This document shows, piece by piece, positions 38,311 through 52,424 of a stretch of DNA of 64,000 bases (positions are counted from its first letter, which is position 1; each line of letters opens with the position of its first letter). Made by a program: the position numbers and the translations under genes. Location: the NCBI RefSeq assembly GCF_964194155.1, contig NC_135901.1, forward strand, positions 21,638,001-21,702,000, written 5' to 3'. Under the pieces are notes generated by a model. The model ran no database searches. It saw nothing but the letters and a program-made list of their open reading frames with translations, and was not told where the DNA came from. The DNA is from Cetorhinus maximus (lineage: Eukaryota).

Positions 38311-40199
38311 AAAATCCTTAGTTGCTGCTGGATTTAACTATCCTCACTCACTTCCAGCCAGCCTCGCACATTCAACCTTCCTGTAATCTTGAGGTCATCC
38401 AAAACTCTGCTGTGTGTTTACTCACACCAAGTCTTGTTCACGCTTCAGCCCTGTGCTCACTGACCTACAAACGTCTCATTTAAGAAGCACGAACATTTTA
38501 AATTTCTCATCCTTGTTTTCAAATCCTCCGCATGGCTGCATTCATCCCTTTCTCTGTGATCTCCTCCAGCCACACAGCCCTCTGAGAAATCTGCACTGCT
38601 CTAATTCTGGCCTCCTGAGAATTCCTGGTTTTAATCACTCCTACCTTGCTTGCCAAGGCCATAACCTGTGGAATTTCCTCCCCAACCTCTCCACCTCTCT
38701 CCCTCTCTGTTAAAGATACTCTTTAAAAACTAACTCTTTGACTAAACTAGTTGTCATCTGCCCTAACATCTCCTTATGTGGGCTCGGTGTCAAATCTTGC
38801 TTTAGAACACTCCTGTGAAACACACATTGGAAAGTTGTATTATATGAAAGGTGCTATATAAATACATGTTGTTATTGTTGTTTTACATATATCACCATTC
38901 CTTCATTTCTGGGTGAAAATCCTATAACTCCTCACCTAACACATTGTGGGAACACCTTCACCACACAGACAGCAGCGGGTCAAGAAAATCAAACATCTTC
39001 TCCACATGTAGCTGGGGATTGGTAATATATGCTGGTCTTGTGGGACTAACCAATCAGATCTTGCAGAGAGCCAGCATGGGCACAATGAGTTAAAGAGCTT
39101 CCTTCTATATGCCTGGAAGAAAATGGACCTGTAGTGGAGGCCAGGGGCGAACGTCTGCCACCAATGCCTATCCTGCTACAAACTAGCTCTGAGTTGGTCT
39201 GTATGTGTTTCTAGACTCGGTTCTGCGAAAAAAGCCTGCAATAAAACAAAAGGAGAAGAAATGAATTATCGTGCAAGTAAAACAATTCCTGAATATAAAA
39301 GATTCTGCGGGAAGATAAAGCTGGGAAGCCAGCAGCACATGGTCAGGGATGGCCAGTGGTGGAAGCCTCAATTAGACATGATCAGAATAACTATCAGTAA
39401 AATACTAAACATGGTTAAAACACACCCATTAGAAGAGACAGGGGAAGTTAGTCAATGGCAGACAGGTGATCAGAGAGGGCAGAGATGAAACAGAGCAATG
39501 GATGGACATGTACTCAGATCCACAGTAAAGGAGCCACACCAGCCCCAGAGCCATGGAACCTCTCACAGATAACACAGAATAGAACTTAAAGCTCTAAAAT
39601 GCAGATGAATGGTCAAAAATACTCACCTCTGAAACAATTTCAGTTTTCAATTTTAAATTCTCCTTCTGGAGGCAGGAGCTGGAAAGATATGAGAAGCACT
39701 GGAGTCAGAGAAAAATCTCCCAGTTGAGGAAATACCCGGGGAGCGGGGTGATGTCACCGCACAATTGTCAATGTGTGATGACATCACAGACACAAACACA
39801 GAACATCTGGGACTGTGCAAACCAGTGATCACCACACATTATGAAGGATGTGAGTGTCCTTGAGAGGGTGCAGAGGAGATTTACCAGAATGGTTCCAGGG
39901 ATGAGTGATTATAGTTGCAAGGTTAGGTTGGAGAAATCGGGATTGTTCTCCTTGGAGTGAAGCCAATTGCTGGGAGATTTGATAGAGGTGTACAAGTTTA
40001 TGCTAGTTTTATACAAGGTAGATAAAGATTAACTGTTCCCATTAACTAAACAAAAAGATTTTGTGCAAGAGATACAGAAGGGAGATGTGAGGAAGAACTT
40101 CTTTTGACGCACCAAGTGATAATGTCTTGGGTAATGAGTGGGCCTCTGGATTACTGATCCAGTGACATTCCCACTAGGCCACTGGTCTCCCCCTGGTCT

Positions 40200-40770
40200 C
40201 TTTGTTTGAGGTTGTTCCCGGAGAGAAGCCGGAAGCAGCGGATAGTGAGAGTGGAGAATGTTCATTGTTTAATATTCGGCTCTGGGGCCGCATTCGGGAT
40301 TTCTAAACCCCGCCCCCCTGCCCGGGGTTTATTAACCCGCTCCCGACAGTGACCTCTCACCTGACAGCTCACAATGCCCGGCTGATTGACGGAAGCTCCG
40401 GACCAATAGAAGGCGGGGCTGGAGGACCAAACGGAAACTGCTGATCCTCCACCAATCGGAGTGAACGAGGGGCGGGGATTTTACGTCTTGACTGGAGCTT
40501 CGCGCATGCGCGGCACCGAGCAATCCCTGGTGCTGAATCCGAATGAGAAACAACAGGAGAGCAGGAGATGAATGGAGCGGTTTAGGCGGGGAGGATTCAT
40601 ACATATACTATGCAGGCGTGAAACTCCGAAAATCAAGGTATTAGGTTTGCATCAACGGGCCGCCATTGTTGGAGGGGGCAATATGCAGCGGAGAGCATGC
40701 GCGATCGCCATCTTTATCGGGGCAAGTCCAGATGAGCGCATGCGCAGTCATCCTGGACTCGGAAGTGGGA
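40200..40770. promoter_or_regulatory. Bidirectional CpG-island promoter between head-to-head ZNF loci
   Basis: CCAAT pair, GC boxes, two perfect GCGCATGCGC, YY1-like GCCAT; ZNF loci diverge on both sides. Confidence 0.7.
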
Positions 40771-40926
40771 ATGTTGTGATTTTTTTGTTCTGGACTGACA
40801 GTGAAGGACTTTGTAAAGTCCTTTTACAGGCAGCTTTGCTGACTAGAAACGAAAACTAAGCATCACCTCAATATCTGACAAGAGTCAACCGATTCATCAG
40901 GGCCTGAACGTCATCAGACATTGAAC

Positions 40927-41460
40927 ATGGAAGCAAAGAGCCCTGTTCAAAGTGGGGAGAAACAGTTCATGTGTTCCGAGTGTGGACGAGGTTTTACCCG
41001 ATCATCAGACGTTTCAAAACACGTGCACAATCACACTGGGGAGAAGCCTTGGAAATGTGGGGACTGTGGAAAGGGATTTAATTACCCATCAGAGCTGGAA
41101 ATTCATTGGCGTATTCACACTGGGGAAAGGCCGTTCACCTGCTTGGTGTGTGGGAAAGGAGTCACTCAGTCATCCCAACTTCTGAGACATCAGCGAGTTC
41201 ACTCTGGAGAAAGGCCTTTCACCTGTACTCAATGTGGGAAGCGATTTCATGCTTTTTAGCATCTTTTGTCAGACTCTCGTGTTCACACCGATGAGGGATT
41301 GTTCAAATGTTCTGACTGTGAGAAGAGATTTAAAAACACAAGGGATCTGCTGAAACTCCAAAGCATTCACACTGGGGAGAGGCCTTTCACATGCTCCGTG
41401 TGTGAGAAGCGATTTGATCTATCATCCATCCTGCTGAGACACCAGCGAACTCACAAGTGA
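40927..41460 (+). pseudogene. Frameshifted C2H2 ZNF (about 6 fingers)
   Basis: ATG 40927; frame breaks within finger 4 near 41250-41280; last fingers in ORF 41266-41460. Confidence 0.75.
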
Positions 41461-41739
41461 CTGTAGGGATTAGGTGCTGCTGTTATTTCTGCTGCATTCT
41501 CACAGTTGGGGTTTGTTGCAGCAGATTTTAATAACTGGGCTGAAGTTTAATACAAATACATTTAATCTGCATGTTGTATAAAGTAAAGTGGGAAGGGTCA
41601 TTTTCTAAAAAGCTTACTTTCAGTAATGGAGGCTACCATGAATGTGGTGAATACCAGTAAAACAATTAGGAAATGAAAGTAATGTTTGTGTCTGGACTTT
41701 GTTTTTGGATTACTGTGGGTCAGAGCAGGATGTGTGAGG

Positions 41740-41910
41740 GCAGTTCAGGGTCAGATACTGAAATACTGCACCCCACAGAAACATCACAAACTTCCTTTCC
41801 TGGTGCATCTCAGGGTCAGATACCTGCACCTCAAGGGGACATCACAAATTTCTCCTTTCCGGGACAGCTCAGGGTTGGATACTGAACATCCTGCCCCACA
41901 GTGACATCCC
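41740..41910. repeat. Diverged tandem repeat of about 60 bp, 3 units
   Basis: Recurring tcagggt(c/t)(a/g)gatac and (g/a)acatc(a/c)caaa. Confidence 0.65.
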
Positions 41911-43189
41911 AAACTGGCCCCACTCTGAGATAATCATTGTTGGAGGGACAGCAGCCAGCACATAGGAACAAGATGAGGCCATTCAGTCCCACAAGTCTGC
42001 TCCCCCATTCAATTAGATCATAGTTGATCTGCACCTCAACTCCATTTTCCCATCTTCGATCCATTTTCTTTGAGATCTTTATTTAACAAGAATCTATCGA
42101 TTCCCAATTGAAAATTTCAATTGATCCCCGGCCTTTTGTGGAGATTGGTCCAGATTTGCATCACCGTTTATGTGAACAAGTTGTTTCTGATTTCACTGCA
42201 CGGATTATGTATCAAACAATGACTCAATGTCTAAAACAGGCACCATGGACACAAATCCAGTTACCCTGAGAGAATACATGCTGCTGGACAGGGGTCACTG
42301 AACTGAATTCTGACCACAGAAAGTTCACTCGAGCAAAACCAGGCTGAACATGAAGATAAGGCAGAAACACAAGCAGATGTGATAGTGGACAATTAACCAT
42401 AAATCAAACTGAATTAGAATGAACATTGGAGGAGCTTGATTAGATTGATAATGCAGAATCAGTCATAAATGAGACAATTTCTTTATGGATAATGGAAAAT
42501 ACTGGACAAAGATAGGAATAATTTCATTCTGAGAGGATGAGGAGAGGCTTGGTAGAGGATAGCTAGGTTTCTTCAGCTACTGTAGTTCATCATTCTCACA
42601 AGGAAGGAGGCGTATAGATTATCTAAGTACCACTATTAAGTTGCAAAATTAAAATCAATACTTTTTTTGGAGTGGACATACAAAGGAGATCTGTCAGTTC
42701 GGTGGCAATCGTAACTTTTACGGTTATTAGTAAAGAATAACTTCACATTCCTATCTCTGAGTCAGAAACCGCATTGCAGACAGTCCTGGTGAGTGGAGAC
42801 GGCTCTCCAGCTCATTCTGGGTTGATGTCAGGCAGGATCAGTGTGTCCGGCGGGTCTGACTGTCCACTCCCATTGTGAGAGTTGTGGGAACTCATCAAAC
42901 TCTCCCGGTTGAAGCCGGACCAACAGATCGGCTGGAATTAAATGGTTCCAGTCATAGAAGGAGCTTTAAACAGCCTGTGAATTCCTCCATTAATTCACAC
43001 TGTTCTCCAAGGGATGTAATTTCCTGAAATAATCCCTGCTGTCTGTCCTGAATGAATCCATCTCAGTAACAAATGTTGAAATGTTTGCTCCACGTCCACA
43101 GGGTTTCATCTGTTTAAAGCCACAAACAGAAAGGTCCAGTTTTCTCCTGGATTTTGAGACAAATCAGTTTCCAAAATGATGCAGAGTTT

Positions 43190-43620
43190 CAGCCAATGAG
43201 AGAGATCCTGGCTCAGCTCTGCCCTTCATTCACTCCGATTGGGTGGAGGACAGCTGCACACGATCGGTCCTCCAGCCACACCGCCCCCTCTTCCTATTGG
43301 TGCGGAGCAGCCGTTAATCACACGCCGGGCATTGTGATTTGGAGCATGCGCAGTGCGGATGATGTCCATGGACAGATGCTTGTTTGTCTCATCTTCAGGC
43401 GGGAAGGAGGCGGATAAGCGGAGGCAGCGTTAGGGGCAGTGGGTGGGAGGGGAGGCTTCACAAACACCCAGTGGAGGCCTCAACGCCATAAACAAGAAGC
43501 TTCAGGTACTTCGGTTGCACCAATGGGGCGGTATCTTTCTCGGTGAAAGGCTCAGGTTAACGGCCGCCATCGTCATGGGGATGCGCATGCGCGGTCACCA
43601 CTCTCCCTGTCAGCAGGAAT
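43190..43620 (+). promoter_or_regulatory. CpG-island promoter of unit D
   Basis: ATTGG pair, dyad 43244-43274, GCGCATGCGC, GCCGCCAT. Confidence 0.7.
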
Positions 43621-45879
43621 GTCAGAGACAGAGTGTGAAAAAGGCACAGAAACAGCCCCTTCGGCCCATCGTGTCCGTGCCGGTCATCAAGCACCCATCT
43701 ATTTTCCAGCACCTGGCCTGCAGCCCTGTCTGATATGGCGTTTCAAGTGCTCATCTAAATATTTCTTAAATGTTATGAGGTTTTCTGCCTTTACCACCCC
43801 CCTCAGACCGAGTTCCAGATTCCAACCACCCTCTGGGTAAAAATAATGTTTTTTCAAATCCCCTCTAAACCTCCTGCCCCTTACCTTAAAACTATGCCCC
43901 CTGGTTATTGACACCTCCGCTAAAGGGAAAAGTTTCTATGCCCCTCATAATTTTGTATACCAATGTTGTGAATTTCTATCTCTGACTGACAGGGATAGAT
44001 TTTAGAAACTCCTTTTACAATTGGTAAGGAGAGGGGTTTGAGACAAAAAACTCAAACCAAACATAACATTAAGTCTCGATTAATCAGAACCTGAATATCA
44101 TTGGCCTTTGAGTTTAAGCATTGAGTTCCAGGTCATCACCACTCACTGTGTAAAAAAAGCTCTTACTCTCATTCCCCCTGTATCTCTTGCTCGAAATCTT
44201 CAATTTGTGTTCATAATCTTTTTACAATCAGATAATGGGAACAGTTTTTCTTTATGTGCCTTATCTAAACCTTTTATAAGCTTGTACACCTCCACCAACT
44301 CTCCTCAATCTCCTTTACTCCAAGGAGAACAACCCCAGTTCTCCAGCCGAACATTGCAACTAAAATGCCTCATCCCTCGAACCTCTGCACCCTCTCAAGG
44401 ACACTCACATCCTTCATAATGTGTGGTGATCACTGGTTTGCACAGACCCAGATGTTCTGTGTTCGTGTCTGTGATGTCATCACACACTGACAATTGCTCA
44501 GTGACATCACCCCGCTCCCCGAGTATTTCCTCAACTGGGAGATTTTTCTCTGTGACTCCAGTGCTTCTGATATCTTTCCAGCTGCAGGCTCCAGCAGGAG
44601 ATTTTAAAATTGAAAACAGTGGAATTGTTACAGAGGGGAGTATTATGTAAAAGAGCATCCATTTACAATTTAGAGCATTTAATGCTCTGCCCTGTTGTCT
44701 GTGAAATGTTCCATGGCTCTGGGGCTGGTGTGACACCTTCACTGTAGATCTGAATCCATATCCATCCATTGCTGTTTTTCACCTCTGCCTTCGCTGATCA
44801 CCTCTCCGCTGTTGTCTAACTAATGGGTATATTTTAGTTATGTTTAGTATTTTACTGTTACTTTCACTGACCATGTAAAAATGCATTTTCCACGGCCGTC
44901 CTTCCCTCAACCATGTGCTGCTGGCTTACCAGTTTTATCTTTCCACAGTATCTTTCAGTCAGGAATTGTTTTTCCTATGCTATGGTCAATTTCTCTTTCA
45001 CTTCTGAGCTATAATGACCATCAAATTCTGCACCATTTTTATTCCCCATAATTCATTAACACACTGAAACTTTAACTCTGTTTCTTTCTCCACAGATATT
45101 GCCTGACCTGCTGAGTACTTCCAGCATTTTCTCATTTTATTTTGCTATTATTTTATTGCAGACGGCACTCAGATTTCAAAAACACAGGCAGACCAGTTAA
45201 GCGCCGGTTTGTAGCAGTGTGGCTGTTACAGAAGTCCCTGGCCTTCGGTACAGGTCTTTTTAATAGAATCAGAATATGATAACAAAAAACAGGAGGCCCT
45301 TTAGTCGATCGTGTCCATTCTGGTTCTCTGCAGCACCAAATCAGTTAGTCCCACTCCCCTGCCCATTGCTCATGGTCCAGCAATTGTGTTTTTCTCTTCG
45401 GGTGATTATCCAGTTCTCTTTTGAAAACCTTTTTTTGCATCAGTTTGAGCTGGAGGAGAAGTTGCTGGGTTTAACACCAAGGACTTTGGAACCCAGTCAG
45501 ACCCAGAAATTTCCAATGTGAAATTGTCAAGGGAGATAGATTTCAGGAGAGATAAGGTTGTTGAATGTCCAGACAATGTAAAAGAGTATTGTTTTAGGAA
45601 AAAGTATTTCTGTAGATGCTTTCAATCTACTTTACATATACACATTTTAAAAATTTATTCTTGGGATTAGGTGTCATTAACAAGACCAGCAGCAGATATC
45701 ACCCATCCCCAGTTACCCGTGGAGAATATGATGTTTGACCTTCTAGAACCGCTGCAGTCCGTGTGGTGAAGGTGCTCCCATGATGCAGTTAGATAAGGAG
45801 TTACAGGTTATTCACCCAGTGATGAGGAAGAACAGTGATATATGTCCAAGTTGACAACAACAATGTGTATTTATATAGT

Positions 45880-46690
45880 GCCTTTATGTACTAGAATATT
45901 CCAAGGCATTTCACAGAAATGTTTCAAAGCAACATTTGACACCGAGACACATCGGGAAATGTTAGGGCAGGTGACCAGACTGTGGCAAAATAGGTAGAAT
46001 CATCTTAAAGGAAGAAAGCAAGGTCGAGAAGCAAAGAGGTTTAGAGAGGAAATTCCTCAGTCTTGGAAGCTGAAGGTGTTGGAACAGTTAAAATCAAGAA
46101 TGTTCAGAAGGTTGGAATTAGATGCGTGCAGATATCTCGGAGGGTTGTGAGGTGGAAGGAGATCACAGAGATGGGGAACAACCAGGGAGGAATTTGAAAA
46201 TAAGGCTAAAATTTTTAAAATGTAGGTGCTTCTTAAACAGGAACCTTCGTCGGTCAGTGAGCACAGGGGTGATGGGTGAACAAGACTTGTTGCGAGTAAG
46301 CACACGGGCAGCAGATTACAGGGAGGTTGAATGTAGGAGATTGGCCACCCCGGAGTGTGTTCGGATAGTTAAGTCTAGAGGTAACAAAGGAATGGATGAG
46401 AGTTTCAGCAGCAGATGAGCTGAGACTCGGGTGGAGTCAGGCGATGTTACTGAGGTGGAAATAGATGGTGTTGATGATAACACTGAAATCTGATTGTAAA
46501 CTCATCTCGGGGTCAGATATTACATAAAAATCATGAATAGTCTGGTTCAGCCTCAGACAGTTTCTAGGGAGAGGGATGGAGTCGATGACTAGGGAGTGGA
46601 GTTTACCACAGGGACTGAAGACAATGGCTTCAGTCTCCCAATATTTAAATGGAGGAAATTTCTGCTCATCCAGGACTGGATGTTAGGCAA
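45880..46690 (-). mobile_element. L2-type LINE fragment (unit D intron)
   Basis: Paralog of 4400-4985 and 31310-32250. Confidence 0.75.
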
Positions 46691-47208
46691 GTCAGGATGT
46701 TGCGTGACTTGGAGGGGAACTTGGAGTTGATGGTGTTCACATGCACCTGCTACCCTGGTCCTTCCAAGTGCTGGAGGTTGAGAGGGTTTGGGAGTTTCTG
46801 TCAAAGTTATGGTTGAGTTGGTCTCTCATTTACTACCTGCCTCTCCCACTTCTCTCTCTCTCTCTCCTCCCATAGTGTTCAGAATCTTGTGTAAGCCTAG
46901 ACCGGGTGGCAGGTTCCCTTCCCTGCAGGACATTAGTGAACCAGTTGGGTTTTTATGACAATCGAGCAGTTTTCATGGTCACTTGTTCCTAGTTCCGGCT
47001 GCACAAATTACCAGATTCATTCAGCTCAGTTTCACAACCTGTCTTTGGTACGTGTGGGTTCTCTCACTCCCCTTTTTCTGTTTTAAATCAATTGCATAGG
47101 AGATTAGAAGGAGAGGATTTGCAGTTCAGAAACTCAAACTAACCATCACATCAGGATCTGAATGAGTCGCCCAATTCATCAGGACCTGAATATCATCAGC
47201 CTTTGAAC

Positions 47209-48168
47209 ATGGAACCAAAAAGCACCATTCACTCTGGGGAAAAACCATGGAAATGTGGGGACTATGAGAATGGATTCAATTACCCATCTGAGCTGGAAAT
47301 TGACCAGCGAATTAACACTGAGGAGAGGCCGTTCACCTGCTCTGAGTGCGGGAAGGGATTCACAAAGTCAAACTACCTGATAAAACACCAGCGAGTTCAC
47401 ACTGGGAAGAGGCCGTTCACCTGCTCCGAGTGTGGGAAAGGATTCATTAATTCATCTGATCTGCTGACACACCGAAGAGTTCACACTGGAGAGAGGCCGT
47501 TCATCTGTCCCAAGTGTGGGAAGGGATTCGCTCAGTCATCCACCCTGCTTATACACCAGCGAGGTCACACTGGGGAGAGACCATTCACCTGCTCTGTGTG
47601 TGGGAAGGGATTCACTTGTTCATCAAACCTGATGAGACACCAGCAAATTCACACCGACAAGAAACCTTTCAAATGCACAGACTGTGAGAAGTGCTATAAA
47701 AGTATTGAGGAACTGATGTCCCATCAACGTTTTCACACTGACGAGAGACCATTCAGGTGCTCTCACTGTGGGGCTGGGTTCAGGCAAACATGTGAACTCA
47801 CTGTACACCAGCGAATTCACACTGGGGAGAGACCGTTCCTCTGCTCCGAGTGTGGGAAGGGATTCACTCAGTCATCCAACCTGCTGCGGCATCAGCGAGT
47901 TCACACTGATGAGAGACCTTTTAAATGCCCAGACTGCAGAAAGTGCTATAAAAGTTCTGGGGAACTGATGCGCCATCAACGTGTTCACACTGATGTGAGA
48001 CCATTCAGGTGCTTTCAATGTGGCACTGGGTTCAGGCAATCATCTCAGCTCACTATACACCAGCAAGTTCACACTGGAGCGAGACCATTCATCTGTTCCA
48101 TGTGTGGAAAGGGATTCGCTCAGTCATCCCACCTGCAGAAACACCAGCGAGTTCACTGTGTGGAGTGA
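47209..48168 (+). CDS. C2H2 zinc-finger protein, 10 intact fingers plus 1 degenerate (unit D)
   Basis: Open from ATG 47209; a further in-frame finger lies beyond the TGA. Confidence 0.88.
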   Translation: MEPKSTIHSGEKPWKCGDYENGFNYPSELEIDQRINTEERPFTCSECGKGFTKSNYLIKHQRVHTGKRPFTCSECGKGFINSSDLLTHRRVHTGERPFICPKCGKGFAQSSTLLIHQRGHTGERPFTCSVCGKGFTCSSNLMRHQQIHTDKKPFKCTDCEKCYKSIEELMSHQRFHTDERPFRCSHCGAGFRQTCELTVHQRIHTGERPFLCSECGKGFTQSSNLLRHQRVHTDERPFKCPDCRKCYKSSGELMRHQRVHTDVRPFRCFQCGTGFRQSSQLTIHQQVHTGARPFICSMCGKGFAQSSHLQKHQRVHCVE

Positions 48169-48749
48169 CCATTTATCTGCTTCGTGTGTGGGAAGAGATT
48201 CACTTGGTCATCCACCCTGATGAGTCACCAGCGAGTTCACAAACAATTACAGTGACTGGATTTTGCTGTTAATCACGTCCGTGAACCATGTTCATTGCTG
48301 TCTATTTTTACTGACGTTGATAAACTCCTGCCTAGTTATCATGGTTAGTTTTCTGGATAAAAGTCAAATAAATTAGCTTTGCATTAAACACAGTGTGTTG
48401 AATCTTCTTAATATCTCTAACACATTAGTTCCTTTTGAAGTTCTCTCCCGTCTCCTCCATCCTCACCTCCCAACAACAAGTGTGAGGAGCTCATGGAGCT
48501 TCTTTGTCACAAAGATTGAGACAATCTGATCAGCTGCCTATGCTGCTTCCCTCCTTTTCACTAGCCTACAGGGAAAAACTGTATCTAAAGTTCTTCCTTC
48601 TCCGAGCCCTGAACTTGCATCTTTCTCCAATTTCTCTCCTACCTTCCTCAAAGTTCATCTTGTCCATGAGACCTGCCTTCTGCTCCCTTGACCCTATTCT
48701 CACTAAACTGCTGACCATCCAACTTCCCTCAACAATGGGGTCCTCCATT

Positions 48750-49340
48750 TATTAATGGAGACATGAAGTACAAAAGCAAGGAAGTCACGCTGAATCTTTA
48801 TAAATCACTTTTTAATCCTCAGCTCAAATATTGTGTTTAGTTCTGAGAGCCGCACTTCAGGAAAGATGTCAAGGCCTTGGAGAGAGTACATGGAAAATTG
48901 ACCAGAATAGTATCAGGGATGAGGGGTTTCCGTTATGTGGAGAGACTGGACAATCTGGGATGGTTCTCTTTAGAGCAGAGAAGGCTAAGGAGTGATTTCA
49001 ATAGAGGTGTGAGCATTTTTGAAGAATTTTCATCAAATAGGGAGAAATTGTTTCCAAATCTCCACAGATTTAAAATAATTGGCAAAAAATCCAGGATGGA
49101 GATGAGGAGAGATTATTTTACTCTGAGTTCTGATGATCTAGAACACATTGTCTGAATGACTGGTGGAAGCAGATCCAATAGTAACTTTCAAAAGTGATTT
49201 GGAGTTTTACTTCATAAGGAAAGATTTTTCAGGGCTCGGGAGAAAGATCAGGGGAGTGGGACAGAATGTCAACATTTTCAGAGAGATAGTACAGACAAAA
49301 TGAGCTGAATGGCCACCTTGTGAGCTCTATGATTCGATCG
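48750..49340 (+). mobile_element. CR1 LINE 3' fragment
   Basis: ORF 48877-49155 (YVERLDNLGWFSLEQRRLRSD). Confidence 0.8.
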
Positions 49341-49499
49341 TAAGGTGTTTATTATGAATCATCATCCTGTTATAGAATCATAGGGTCTCATCAGAGTACA
49401 GCACAGAAGGAGGCCACTTGGTTCATCGAATCTGCACTGGCTCTTTCAAAGAGCAATCTGGTTCATCCCACTTCCCCCACTCTTTCCCCATATCCCTGG

Positions 49500-49770
49500 A
49501 CGAGGATTCAGTTGATCATCTGGCCTGTCAAGACACAAGCCCAGTCACATTGGGGAGAAACCATGTTAATGTGGGGACAGTGGAAAGGGATTAAATTACT
49601 CATTTGAGTTGGAAATTCATCAGCAGAAACATACCAGGGAGAGGCTGTTCACCTGCTCCATGTGTAGGAAGGGATTCGCTCAGTCATTCAGCTTTCAAAC
49701 ACACCAGCAAGTTCATACTGGAGGGAGAGGGGGTTTAAATGCTTAGAATGTGACAAAAGTTTTTAAAGCC
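49500..49770 (+). pseudogene. ZNF fragment (about 3 broken fingers)
   Basis: GEKP/GERL linkers and CSMCRKGFAQS with disruptions. Confidence 0.7.
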
Positions 49771-49889
49771 CGTTCCTGTTTTTATTGGTGGATGTGGCCT
49801 AATGGACTACTTTCTGAGGCCCAATTGCTGCTGCAGAAAAAGCTCGTGTAAAGGTCAGTGTTCATTTTTTCTGAAAAGCTGATTTCTTC

Positions 49890-50510
49890 AATAACAGGAT
49901 CATAATGTATTAATAATCAGGATTGTAATATATTAATAGTCAGGATAATATATTAACAATCAAGATCATAATATATTAATAAACAGAATCATGTATTAAT
50001 AAGATCATAATACATTAATAATCAGGAAAATATATTCATAATCAGCATCATAGTGTATTAATAACCAGGATACTGTTACATTAATAATCAGAATCCTGTT
50101 GCATCAATAAAGAGGATCCTATTACATTAATAATCAAGATTCCATTACATTAATAGTCTGGTGCCTATTTCATCAACAATCAGGACCTTATTGTATAAAT
50201 AATCATCCTACGAGATTAATAATCAGGATTCTATTACATTAGTAATCAGGATCTAATTACATTTAATTACACAGTTCCATTTGCATTAATCATTAGCTGC
50301 CTATTGGTTCAATTATTAGGAAATTATTGCAATTATCAGGATGCTAATGCATTAATAATCAGAATTATTTCAATTAATAATCAGAGTCCTATGGCATCAA
50401 TAATCAGATCCTATTACGTTAAAGTAATTTTCCAACTGTGTCCTTAATCAGGATCCTATAAGATGAATAACCAGGAGGCTATTATATTAATAATCAGAGC
50501 CCAAGTACAT
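49890..50510. repeat. AT-rich degenerate minisatellite, unit about 23 bp
   Basis: Consensus close to attaataatcaggatcctattac. Confidence 0.85.
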
Positions 50511-50749
50511 CAAAAATCCCTCCAACCCCACTCAACAGCTCTTGTACCCTCAAATTTTCAGTCTGGGGTCACACAAAATCTGAGGCATTAAAATGGGGTC
50601 ACACTGGGCAAACATCTGGGAAGCACTGATTTAAACAACCTCTTTCTGGACTTAAATGCACTTATCTCATGACTCATCTCACTATCAATGTCACATCTCC
50701 TTGTTCTATCTCCCTGATAGAAGTTATTATTATTTGTGGTTATCAGGTG

Positions 50750-51112
50750 TCATTGTGGGCTTACCCTTGTTCTGCTATTATCACATTCTGCTTTCTTACC
50801 TTAATGCTACTATCAGCACCTTTTTTAGCCCTTACCACTACCATTAACACTCTCTTTGTCCTATCATGACATCTTTGTCAATCTCTCCTTTACCCCCACC
50901 TATCGCTGGCCTTCTATCCAGTTTCACCTGCTCCACCCCCCTTAAACAGTATAAATTTCATCACATTTCTACTTCTCTCCAGCTCTGAAGAAGGGCCATA
51001 TGGACTCTAAACGTTAACTCTGTTTCTCTCGCTATAGATGCTGCTAGGCCTGCTGAGTTTTTCCAGAATTTTCTGATTTTGTTTCAGATTTCCAGCATTG
51101 CAGTATTTTGCT
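50750..51112 (+). mobile_element. Penelope-like 3' fragment
   Basis: Tail with mutated hammerhead motif (50981-51019) and gcctgctgagtttttccag. Confidence 0.65.
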
Positions 51113-51124
51113 TCCAATCTCAAA

Positions 51125-52073
51125 GACAACCTCTTTTAGTTTGGGTGGGGGTGGTGGTGGTGAGTGCTCAATCACGTTTGGAGGGGTTAAATGATATGTG
51201 TTTTCTATTGCATTACATTTTCTATTACAATCACATAAAAATCTGGAACTTGGATGGGAATATGGATTGGTGTTCGATGAGAAGATCTGGCTCAGTGTAT
51301 TACTGCAGGAAGTCTAAAAACTAGAGTCACGGTATTTCAGAGCTGATTCCTGTGCTGGCAGCAATCCCATTGCTAACTGTTGATAAGGCTCCAGTGGTGC
51401 TGTAGGATGATGCACACAAGGAATTTGTGAACTATCTGAGGGCCATAGTGAGGGAAGAGGAAGGGATCTGGAAAGCTGCAGACTCTTCATGTTGTTCCAG
51501 GAGAAGTGGGGTCTGGTTGTGTAGATGTCAGGTTTTACACAGCACATGGTCAGCCTGTGGTTTCACCCGAGATGAAGAATCTCTGAATGAAGAATCTCTC
51601 TCTCTCTCTCTTTCACCATGGACACGCAAACACCCACACAAACAGAGGCACACAGGGAAACTTCCTGTCCATTTGGGTGGACACCAACCAACCTGACTAA
51701 CATTGGGGATAAAGTATTGGTGCCTGTAAGGGCCACAATGTTTGAGAAATTCAAGGAAACATTACCCTCCAAAGACTACAAGCAGTTTTGCCCATGCAAT
51801 TCCACCTCTTTCTCTGAACCTTAAATCTATACTGAACAACATTTGGCACAGAGGCAACAACAAAACATTAACGTTGTGCAATCTATTGCCACCCTGGGTT
51901 ATCAGCCCCATTTAGAGATAGTGTACAATACAGGGCATAATCCTGGGATAATTACAGCCACTAACTTTCCTCTTGTAATTACAGAAGATGCAAATTCTTT
52001 TATATTGATGGTCCAGTTGATGAAGAGAATTCTAAGGCGGGTTACAATGAGAAAGAGTATAATGTTGTTTTGA
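51125..52073 (+). mobile_element. Decayed ERV env-like region, copy 3
   Basis: GIWKAADSSCCSRRSGVWLCRCQVLHSTWSACGF; aligns by eye to 26370-27440. Confidence 0.6.
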
Positions 52074-52424
52074 CTCTGTAGTCCAATATTTCCCTGACTT
52101 TAATCATTGCTGCTCCAATGTCATAGGACATATATTGCATAATATCTAAAAGGAGCCATAAATATTGCACAACTTCACAATTTACAACATTACTCCTGAT
52201 GTTCATGTGTTCCCTAGCTTTCTTTTCCATTAGTTTCATTTACAGATCTATAAGCGATGGACTTGCTGCCATTCGAACAAAACTGTTTTCACCACTAAGG
52301 CTCCGCTCTTATTTAATAGTCTTCATGACATCATCGCACCAGGACTGGATGACATTATAAGAGTCCATTGTTTCTTAATGATCCACATCGATAGCAACAG
52401 GAAATATTATTATACCTGAGCACA

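Noticed and set aside
40140-40195. tRNA gene
   Set aside because: Only an A-box-like head on the minus strand, no cloverleaf or B box; probably a SINE 5' fragment
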